DNA from: Nannocystales bacterium
GTDB taxonomy: Bacteria > Myxococcota_A > Polyangia > Nannocystales > Nannocystaceae
Reading direction: 5' to 3'
DNA: 64,000 nt
Assembly: GCA_050633305.1 (NCBI GenBank)
Contig: JBOEGF010000011.1
Span: forward strand, 235,946 to 299,945
Under the pieces are notes generated by a model that worked only from the letters and a program-made list of their open reading frames with translations, was not told the origin of the DNA and did no database searches. Below are positions 38,486-46,456 of this stretch, one piece after another; position 1 is the first letter of the stretch; every line of letters starts with the position of its first letter. Both the position numbers and the translations under genes were made by a program.

Positions 38486-39649
38486 CTAGGCGCCGTCTTC
38501 GTCGAAGAACACGGCATCCACGAACGCCTGTGGCTCGAAATCGCGCAAGTCCTCGATGCCCTCACCGATCCCGATATGGCGAATGGGGACCTCGAGTTCG
38601 TCACAGATCCCCAGGACAACACCGCCTTTCGCGGTCCCGTCGAGCTTGGTGACGACCAGACCGGTGAAGTCCATCGTCTCCTTGAACAGTTTCGCCTGAG
38701 CCAGGGCGTTCTGGCCGATCGTCGCGTCGAGGACCAGGAAGGTGTCGTGGACTCCTGACGCATCCGGAGCGCCGGCCCGCACGGCCTTGTCCGCAGCACG
38801 GCCGACCTTCTGCAGCTCGTCCATGAGCTCTTTGCGGGTATGTAGGCGGCCGGCGGTATCGCAGAGCACGACGTCGTATCCGCCTGCGCGGCCCTTCTCG
38901 ATTCCCTCGAAGATGACGGAGCTCGGGTCGGCCTTGTCGGCGCCGTGGTGGAGGTCGCAGCCGACCCGGTCCGCCCAGACGCCGAGCTGTTCGACCGCCG
39001 CGGCCCGGAAGGTGTCCGCGGCGACGAGCAGGACCTTGCGTCCCTCAGCAGCATGTCGCGCTGCCAGCTTCCCCAGGGTGGTGGTCTTGCCGACCCCGTT
39101 GACGCCGATCATCAGCAAGACGTACGGAGCAGGCTGTGGCGTGAAGTCTTGGGCAGGGGCCTCGACATCGACGATCTCCAGGGCGGCTCCGCGAATCACC
39201 CCCCAGACGGCATCTGCGTCCGCAACATCTTCACGGTCCAAGACGTCGCTGACGCGGTCCATCAGCTTCTGAGCGGTGGCCGTCCCGATGTCCGAGGTGA
39301 ACAGGACCTCTTCGACGTCGTCGCGCAGGGCGTCGTCGACGGTGGGCTTGCCGCGGAAGAGCGTCGCGAGCTTGGCAACGAATCCACCCCGGGTCTTGGC
39401 CAGACCCTCTCGATATCGCTGGGCGAGCTTGTCCCGATCTCCGGGGGCCTTGGGACGGGCGACCGGTTCGGGGAGAGCTTGGGGCGCGCCGTCCTCGGAG
39501 GTGTCTTCAGCCTCCTCGTCCGAACCCGGGGTCGGGGGCAGCGAGAGGTCGACGGTGCCCGACAGCGCGGGGTCGCGCCGGCGGTAGATGACGAACCCTG
39601 CGGCGGTGGCGACGGCCACGAGCAGGGCGATGAGCAGCAAGGGATCCAT
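38486..39649 (-). CDS. ftsY: Signal recognition particle receptor FtsY
   Basis: GVNGVGKTTTLGKLA, DTFRAAA, DTAGR, TKLDGTAKGG. Confidence 0.97.
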   Translation of the reverse strand: MDPLLLIALLVAVATAAGFVIYRRRDPALSGTVDLSLPPTPGSDEEAEDTSEDGAPQALPEPVARPKAPGDRDKLAQRYREGLAKTRGGFVAKLATLFRGKPTVDDALRDDVEEVLFTSDIGTATAQKLMDRVSDVLDREDVADADAVWGVIRGAALEIVDVEAPAQDFTPQPAPYVLLMIGVNGVGKTTTLGKLAARHAAEGRKVLLVAADTFRAAAVEQLGVWADRVGCDLHHGADKADPSSVIFEGIEKGRAGGYDVVLCDTAGRLHTRKELMDELQKVGRAADKAVRAGAPDASGVHDTFLVLDATIGQNALAQAKLFKETMDFTGLVVTKLDGTAKGGVVLGICDELEVPIRHIGIGEGIEDLRDFEPQAFVDAVFFDEDGA

Positions 39650-39702
39650 GGCGCGGCGTTGGGCGAAGCTTCGCCGCGTCGCAACGGGCTCGCAAGGGTT
39701 GG

Positions 39703-39854
39703 GATCGCACGGTGAGATCTGCGATCAGATCCCTCCGCCCCCCGGAATTCGATCTCAGCGCGTTGCTTCTCAGCCGCTGGCCGATCTCCGGATCTCACCG
39801 CAGAGGCGATCTGCGTGGCGATCTCGCGAGATCCCGGGGATCGCGGCCGAGATC
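39703..39854. promoter_or_regulatory. GATC-dense palindromic element in ftsY/smc divergent intergenic region
   Basis: 12 GATC sites in 152 bp with nested inverted repeats. Confidence 0.6.
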
Positions 39855-39920
39855 CCGGCTCGGTCCGTCCGTCTTCCCCTCCTGACCCGCGGGGTGCTAA
39901 CCCCTTGAACCGCTGCTGCC

Positions 39921-42900
39921 ATGCGTTTGAAGAAGGTCGAAGTTCAGGGCTTCAAGTCGTTCGCCGACCGCCAGGTGATCCTCGTCGACGATCACGTCAC
40001 CGGCGTCATCGGGCCCAACGGCTGCGGCAAATCCAACATCGTGGATGCGGTCCGCTGGGCGATGGGTGAGCAGAGTGCCAAGCACCTGCGCGGCACCGGG
40101 ATGTCGGACGTGATCTTCGCCGGGTGCAGCACGCGTGGGCCGGGCGGGATGGCGGAGGTCACCCTCACGTTCGAGAACAACGGCGACGAGCACCTGTCGC
40201 ACTTCGACGTCCGGGACATCGCGATCACCCGGCGATTGTTCGCCGACGGCACAAGCGAATACCTCATCAACAAGGTCCCCGCTCGCTTGCGTGACATCAC
40301 GGAGCTGTTGATGGGAACGGGTGCGGGCACCAAGGGGTACTCGATCATCGCCCAGGGCCAGGTCGGTCGGATCGTCAACTCCAAGCCCGAAGAGCGTCGC
40401 CACATCATCGACGAGGCCGCGGGTATCACGCGGTTCAAGGCCCAGAAGGCGGCGGCACAGCGGAAGATGGATGCGACGCGCCAGAACCTGCTGCGGACCT
40501 CGGACGTCATTGCGGAGCTCGAGGCTCGGCTGGGGACACTCCGTCGCCAGGCCCAGAAAGCCGAACGCTACAAGCGGTACAAGACCGAGCTACGGGACCT
40601 CGATCTTTGCTCCGCCGCCCACAAGTACCTCGAACTCGGCAGCACCGGGGCGGTTCTCGAAGGTCGGCGCGGCAACCTCGAGGTCGAGACGGGCGACATC
40701 CGTGAAGCTCTCGAGGCCCGCGAGTCCCAGATGGAGGGCATGCGCAAGGACCTCGTCGGGGTCGAAGGGCAGCTCTCCGAGCACCAGCAGGCCTCGTACG
40801 ATCTGGACAACCGCGTGCGTCTACTCGAGGCCGAGAACGAGTACCGCCAGCGGGAACGCGAGGGACTGGTTCGTAGCGGCACCGAGGCTCAGGCCGAGTT
40901 GGAGGCCGCGACACGGACGCTCGAGGGCCTCGACGGCGAACTCGATCAGACCCAGGGCGAGCGAACCGCGCTTCGATCCGGAGAGGACAGCGAGCCCGCA
41001 CAGGACTCCGTCGACCGGCTGGAGGTGGAGGCTCGAGACGCGGAGCAGGTGCTGGCCGAGACCCGTGGCCGCATCGAGTCCGCCAAGGTGCAGGCAGGCG
41101 AGCGCCGATCTGCCCTGGCGGGAGCGCAGGCACGGCACCAGTCGCACGTCGAAGCCAAAGACGCGGCCACCGGACGGTTGACCGAGCTTCAGGCCGCGGC
41201 AGAGAGCCAGCGCGAGGCCGAGACGGGTGCGACCGAACTCCACGCTCGCGCCGTGTCTGCCGCCGATGCTGCAGCCGAGCTTCTGGAGTCCCTCGCGACG
41301 CGGCGGGGTGAACTCGATCGGGCCCGGATCAGCTTGCGCGAGCAAGTCGCGTCGGCGGAGGTCGAACTGGATACGAAGCGGGCCGAGGTCCATCGCCACC
41401 GCTCTCGCTTGCAGTCGCTCGAGGAAATTCAGAACCGCTACCGCGGATGCGACAGCGGGGTTCAGTTGGTGATGGAGCACCGGGCTGAACTCGCGCCCGA
41501 ACTCCATGCGGATGGCAGCGTTGGCGCGGCGGATGCCCCCGGCGCGTCGCAGGCGGTGTATGGAATCTTCGCGGACTACGTCCACGCTCCCGAGCACCTC
41601 GAGACCGCGGTCAGTGCCGTGCTCGGTGATCGGCTCGAGGGCGTCGTCGTCGATGGCCCTCAAATCGGCGCCCGAGGGGTCGAACTCCTCAAGCGCGAGC
41701 AGGAAGGCCGCACGACCTTCGTCCCGAAACACGGGCGGTCGGCTGCGGATCTTGCCCCGGATGATACCGGGACCATCGTCGACCTGCAGCCCGGGGTTCC
41801 CTTGGGATGGCACCGTCCTGACGAGAGCGCGGTGATCAACGGTCCGACCGGCGAGAGCCCGTTCGAGGTCCTCGACCTTTCGGACGAGAAGTCCGAGCCC
41901 GAGGAGGCGCGCGCTACCGTTCCGCTGCCGCTGACGGAACAACCGGGCGTGCTGGGTCGGCTCTCCGATCTGGTCGAGGTCAGCGGTGAGCTGGGCCCCT
42001 TGGGCGGGACCCTGCTCGGAGACACGGTGGTGGTCGAGAACCTCGAGCGCGCACTGGCGCTGTGGGAGGCTGGGCTGACCGGCAAGACCACCCTGGTGAC
42101 GCTCGAAGGCGATCGGGTCGAGCCCACCGGCGTCGTCGTGGGCGGGTCCCCCACCGCGCTCAACGCAGCCCTGCTCCAGCAGAAGCGGGAGATTCGCGAA
42201 CTCCAAGAGATTCTCGCGTCCCTCGATGAGAGCTTCGAGTCTGCCCGCGGCCGCCACCTCGCGCTCGCCCAAGAGCTGGCCGCCGTGGAAGGGGAGCGGG
42301 AACAATCCGAAACCCACGTCCTCGAGGCTGAGACCGCCCGCGTGCAAGCCGAGGCCGAGCGTACCCAGCTCGCGACGGAGCTTCGGCGGCTGGGAGAGGA
42401 AGTCGAAGCCAAGACGACCCAGGCCGATGCGCTGCGCCGTGAGATCGACCAGCGCTCGCTGGAGATCGAGCAGCTCTCGGAGTCCATCCGGTCCGGGCAG
42501 ATGCGCGTGGTCGAGTTGGAGGCCGAGGCCACGACCAGCGAGGCGTCCCTGGACAACCTTACGCAGGAGCGTGACCGACTCGCGGCAGCGCTGACCGAGG
42601 CGAAGGTCTCGCTCGCCAAATGGCAGCAACAGAGCGATGCTCTCGATGCGACCGTGGAGCGGCTGACCCGGCAAGGGGACGCCGAGCGTCAGCGCATCAC
42701 CCGACTCGAAGAGACCTCCAGCGCGTCCGCCCGTCGGGTCGCCGAGCTCGACGCCGCGAGCGAGTCTGCGAACACCGAGCGCGCGGAGTTGCTCGACAAG
42801 CGCACCGCCGCCGCGGAAACCATGCATCTCACCCGCGAGCGGTTCGAGGGGTTACGGGCTCGCATCGACGAACTCTCGACGTCGATGAAGACCCTCCGTG

Positions 42901-43724
42901 GTGATTTGGATGAGCGGCGAACCAAGGTCGCCGAGGTCGAACTCGGCCTGCAGGAGATCAACCTCGAGCGTCAGCACCTCCTGACCGACGTCCGGGACCG
43001 CTTCGACCTCCTGCTTCCCGAAATCCTCGTCGACTACCACGACCGCCCGCTGGCGGGCCGGACGGAGCGGGAGCGGCAGAAGGAACTCAAGCGCATCCTG
43101 TCTCGGATGGGCGAGGTCAACCTGACCGCGATCGACGAGTTCGAGGAGGTCTCGAGCCGCTTCGAGTACCTGACGCATCAGCGCGACGACTTGGAGCTCG
43201 CGATCAATCAGCTCCAGGAGGCGATCGACAAGATCAACCGGACCACGCGCGAGCTGTTCAAGACGACCTTCGATGCGGTCAACGAACGGTTCACACAGCT
43301 GTTCCCTCGTTTGTTCGGGGGCGGCAGTGCACACCTCAAGATGACCGACCCCTCCGATCTGCTCGGCACAGGCGTGGAGATCGAGGCGCGACCCCCGGGC
43401 AAGCAGCCACGGACGTTGGCCCTGCTCTCGGGTGGGGAGCAGGCTCTAACCGCGGTCAGTCTGGTGTTCGCGATCTTCCTGATCAAGCCCAGCCCGTTCT
43501 GCATCCTCGACGAGGTCGACGCGCCTCTGGACGATGCCAACGTCGGGCGGTTCATCAGCCTGGTCCGAGAACTCGCCCAGACGACGCAGTTCATCTTCAT
43601 CACCCACAACAAGGTGTCGATGGAGGGAGCCGACCGGTTGTACGGCGTGACGATGGAACAGCGCGGGGTCTCCAAGCTGGTCTCGGTCAACCTCCGCAAG
43701 GCCGTCGAGTTGGCCTACAACTAG
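39921..43724 (+). CDS. smc: Chromosome segregation protein SMC
   Basis: GFKSF, Walker A GPNGCGKSN, Q-loop IIAQG, coiled coils, LSGGE, Walker B ILDEVDAPLD, FITH. Confidence 0.97.
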   Translation: MRLKKVEVQGFKSFADRQVILVDDHVTGVIGPNGCGKSNIVDAVRWAMGEQSAKHLRGTGMSDVIFAGCSTRGPGGMAEVTLTFENNGDEHLSHFDVRDIAITRRLFADGTSEYLINKVPARLRDITELLMGTGAGTKGYSIIAQGQVGRIVNSKPEERRHIIDEAAGITRFKAQKAAAQRKMDATRQNLLRTSDVIAELEARLGTLRRQAQKAERYKRYKTELRDLDLCSAAHKYLELGSTGAVLEGRRGNLEVETGDIREALEARESQMEGMRKDLVGVEGQLSEHQQASYDLDNRVRLLEAENEYRQREREGLVRSGTEAQAELEAATRTLEGLDGELDQTQGERTALRSGEDSEPAQDSVDRLEVEARDAEQVLAETRGRIESAKVQAGERRSALAGAQARHQSHVEAKDAATGRLTELQAAAESQREAETGATELHARAVSAADAAAELLESLATRRGELDRARISLREQVASAEVELDTKRAEVHRHRSRLQSLEEIQNRYRGCDSGVQLVMEHRAELAPELHADGSVGAADAPGASQAVYGIFADYVHAPEHLETAVSAVLGDRLEGVVVDGPQIGARGVELLKREQEGRTTFVPKHGRSAADLAPDDTGTIVDLQPGVPLGWHRPDESAVINGPTGESPFEVLDLSDEKSEPEEARATVPLPLTEQPGVLGRLSDLVEVSGELGPLGGTLLGDTVVVENLERALALWEAGLTGKTTLVTLEGDRVEPTGVVVGGSPTALNAALLQQKREIRELQEILASLDESFESARGRHLALAQELAAVEGEREQSETHVLEAETARVQAEAERTQLATELRRLGEEVEAKTTQADALRREIDQRSLEIEQLSESIRSGQMRVVELEAEATTSEASLDNLTQERDRLAAALTEAKVSLAKWQQQSDALDATVERLTRQGDAERQRITRLEETSSASARRVAELDAASESANTERAELLDKRTAAAETMHLTRERFEGLRARIDELSTSMKTLRGDLDERRTKVAEVELGLQEINLERQHLLTDVRDRFDLLLPEILVDYHDRPLAGRTERERQKELKRILSRMGEVNLTAIDEFEEVSSRFEYLTHQRDDLELAINQLQEAIDKINRTTRELFKTTFDAVNERFTQLFPRLFGGGSAHLKMTDPSDLLGTGVEIEARPPGKQPRTLALLSGGEQALTAVSLVFAIFLIKPSPFCILDEVDAPLDDANVGRFISLVRELAQTTQFIFITHNKVSMEGADRLYGVTMEQRGVSKLVSVNLRKAVELAYN

Positions 43725-43860
43725 AGCGCCAACCAGCAGAATCCGGCCTGCAACGCACGCCTCTGGTCACTTCTGGCTGCGTTGCTCGGCGCTCGAGGGA
43801 CCTCCAGTCCACCGTCGGTCTCCCGCCTTGCAAAGCGCCCAGAGGCGCGACGGACCTCGT

Positions 43861-44907
43861 TCACAGGCCGGGTTGGGGCATCACAGCCGGGGCCGCTCCC
43901 CGTGGGTTGGTTCGCATGGACGCAATGCGCGCCCGCAGCATCGGTGTCTCCGGTGCGTCGGGTCGGGCATCCACAAACTCTTGGTAGCGCGTCAACGCCA
44001 TGTTGGTTCGCCCCATCTTCTGCAGCGCCATGGCTTGAAGCAGCCGGTACTCGGGGCGGTGATACAGCCAGTGGGCGTCCTCGAAGTATGCCAACGCGGC
44101 GTCGTGCTCGCCGCGTTCGAGCTCGATCCACCCCAGGGCTGCCGCCTCGTTGGCCAGAATGGTGTGGGCGCCCAGGTTGAAGTCGAACGCCCGTTGGGCG
44201 AACGCGGTCAGGTCGATTCGGGCGGCCGTGAACGGTTTGGCCCCCTCGGCTTGTGTGAGGGCCTCCTCGAGGCAGCGTTGTGTGGCTTCGTGGACCGCAG
44301 GGCTCACGCGGACCGTCGGAACGCCGCTCTTGTCGTAGCGAGCGGAGAGTCGGTACGTGACCGGCCCCGCGAGCATCGCTTCTTCGAGGACCAGCGCTTC
44401 GGGGGTCCGCAGGAGGACGTTCAGGCGTGAAGATTGCTGTGCAACGAGACACGTTGCGGTCTTGCGATCGCGACTGTCGACGAAGATCCGAACAGCGCGT
44501 CGATCCTGTTGCGTCCGCGCCCGGACCTTGGACGGGCGGATGAGGAAACGGGTGGGGTGGAGCTCGCGCGGGCGTCGGGGCTCGGCCTGCCGCAGGGCCG
44601 CCCGTTGGAGTCCTTCTGGGGTGGCGAGCCTGAACGGGTGGACCCGGACCGTTCGCGTGATCCCGTCGTCGTCGATGACGGTGTCCTTGGGTGCGTCGTC
44701 GCCGAACCGCTTGCGGACCCACTGCCGTCGTACCGGGGGAACCTCGCGCTCGCTGCGAGCCAACTTGAGCAGGGGACTCGGTGTGAAACTGTAGGCCTTG
44801 GGCGCGTCTGGTGCCCTCGGCGGGGCTTTCGCGGCTGGACTCGAGTTCCCGCACCCCGCCAGCAGGAAGCCTGCCAACGCCCATCCCCTGCTCACACGCC
44901 ATCCCAT
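43861..44907 (-). CDS. Hypothetical lipoprotein with C-terminal TPR
   Basis: ATG 44907, lipobox LAGC; AALAYFEDAHW...ALTRYQEFVDARPDAP. Confidence 0.65.
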   Translation of the reverse strand: MGWRVSRGWALAGFLLAGCGNSSPAAKAPPRAPDAPKAYSFTPSPLLKLARSEREVPPVRRQWVRKRFGDDAPKDTVIDDDGITRTVRVHPFRLATPEGLQRAALRQAEPRRPRELHPTRFLIRPSKVRARTQQDRRAVRIFVDSRDRKTATCLVAQQSSRLNVLLRTPEALVLEEAMLAGPVTYRLSARYDKSGVPTVRVSPAVHEATQRCLEEALTQAEGAKPFTAARIDLTAFAQRAFDFNLGAHTILANEAAALGWIELERGEHDAALAYFEDAHWLYHRPEYRLLQAMALQKMGRTNMALTRYQEFVDARPDAPETPMLRARIASMRTNPRGAAPAVMPQPGL

Positions 44908-45004
44908 GCGTGTGCAACGGGCGACGACTGGGATGCTTACGTTTCGTGCCCGCGGTACAGCACCGAGCGCCCGCCGCGATCGTTCGCTACCCTGCCGCGG
45001 AGCC

Positions 45005-45676
45005 ATGACCGAGAGCCCACAGCCTCCGTCCTCCCGGCGCGACCTCGTGTTCTTTGTACTCGCGGGCGTGTTCATCACGCACGCGCTGCTTGGAGAGCTC
45101 CTGGGTGGCAAGTTGTTCACCGCCTGGGGCTGGGTGATGAGTATCGGGGTCATTCCATGGCCGGTGGTGTTCGTCACGACCGACCTGGTCAACGAGTACT
45201 ACGGTCCGAAGGCGGTCCGGCGGCTGACACTGCTGGCCATCACGCTGATCGTCTACACCTTCGGCTTGCTCTGGCTGTGCATGCTCGTGCCGGCCGCTGA
45301 CATCTCCCCGGTCGATGATGCGTCGTTCAACCGGGTGTTCGGCCAGTCGATGTGGATCATCGTGGGCTCGATCGTCGCCTTCGCCTTGAGCCAGTTGATC
45401 GACGCCTACGTGTTCGCCTGGCTTCGCCGCCGCACGAAGAACCGGCTGCTCTGGCTTCGGGCCGTGGGCTCGACTGTGGTTGCGCAGTTCATCGACACCT
45501 TCGTGATCAACTCGATCGCGTTCGGCCTACCGGGCAAGATCACGCCGACCCAGGTGCTGGAGTTGAGCGTGACGAACTATGCGTACAAGTTCCTGATCGC
45601 TCTCGCGACGCTGCCCCTCATCTACTTCGGGCACCGCGTGGTCGACCGGTACTTTGCGGGCGACCCGGACGGGTGA
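45005..45676 (+). CDS. Queuosine precursor transporter (Vut_1/YhhQ family)
   Basis: F..TDLVNEYYG, GSIVAFALSQLID, LWLR..GST..AQFIDT, YKF. Confidence 0.85.
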   Translation: MTESPQPPSSRRDLVFFVLAGVFITHALLGELLGGKLFTAWGWVMSIGVIPWPVVFVTTDLVNEYYGPKAVRRLTLLAITLIVYTFGLLWLCMLVPAADISPVDDASFNRVFGQSMWIIVGSIVAFALSQLIDAYVFAWLRRRTKNRLLWLRAVGSTVVAQFIDTFVINSIAFGLPGKITPTQVLELSVTNYAYKFLIALATLPLIYFGHRVVDRYFAGDPDG

Positions 45677-45691
45677 ACATGCCGCAGAAGA

Positions 45692-46420
45692 TCACTCGCC
45701 AAGGGGGAACGGGCAGAGGCCGTCTTGGGCCGCGGGCCCACAGCATGGAAGAACCGGATCAGAGGGTTCGCCCATCGGAATGCAGCACTCGGGCGGGTCG
45801 GCGACGACGTACTCGTCGCAAGTGCTCGAACACCCCGCGTTGCAGTTGACCCGTTCCGGTTGAGGCTCCTGCCCGGACGGGACGCATTTGCTCAGACACA
45901 GGTGCCTGATCCAATCAGGATCGACAAAGTCGCCGTCGCAGACCTCCTCCTGCTGATGCTGTCCATCTCCACAACGGTGGCACGCGCTCCGGTCCAGCGT
46001 ACAGTCGTCCTGGCAGCTTCCAAGAACCCCACCTGCGTACGGCAGGGTGCCGGGGGGTTCGTGCCCCATGCAGGAAACCTCGGCCCCGAGCTGGTCGTCG
46101 TCCTCGGGCTGGCCGCTCGAGTTCGAGCCTGGGTCTTGCCGGCCCGGGTCGCACTCCTCGCCCTCGTCGAGCGTCCCGTTTCCGCAGCGCGGGAAGCAGG
46201 CGCTCAGATCGATCTCGCACGACTCCGAACACGTGCCATCTCGGTTGATGCTCAACTCCGTCCGGCAGGCGTCACGAAATGAACTCCGAACGGCTGGATC
46301 GCACTCTTCTCCAACGGCGCGGTCGACGTACCCATCGCCGCACGCGATAGTTTGGTCGAGTTCGAGGAGACAACCGCTGGTCAGCAGGAGACCGGCGGCC
46401 ACGAGTGCGCGGAACACCAC
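45692..46420 (-). CDS. Cys-rich lipoprotein (Myxococcus cysteine-rich repeats)
   Basis: Lipobox TSGC; repeats CGDGYVD..GEECD, CGNGTLDEGEECD, CGDG...EEVCDG. Confidence 0.75.
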   Translation of the reverse strand: MVFRALVAAGLLLTSGCLLELDQTIACGDGYVDRAVGEECDPAVRSSFRDACRTELSINRDGTCSESCEIDLSACFPRCGNGTLDEGEECDPGRQDPGSNSSGQPEDDDQLGAEVSCMGHEPPGTLPYAGGVLGSCQDDCTLDRSACHRCGDGQHQQEEVCDGDFVDPDWIRHLCLSKCVPSGQEPQPERVNCNAGCSSTCDEYVVADPPECCIPMGEPSDPVLPCCGPAAQDGLCPFPLGE

Positions 46421-46456
46421 AGTTGAAGTGTAGCAGGGCACTCGCGCTTGGCCTTC

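Noticed and set aside
39650..39920. Replication origin interpretation of the GATC cluster
   Set aside because: No TTATCCACA-type DnaA boxes, no AT-rich unwinding element and no dnaA/gidA context
44908..45004. preQ1 riboswitch upstream of the YhhQ-family transporter
   Set aside because: No hairpin with the 3' A-rich tract of class I preQ1 riboswitches is visible in this short GC-rich spacer
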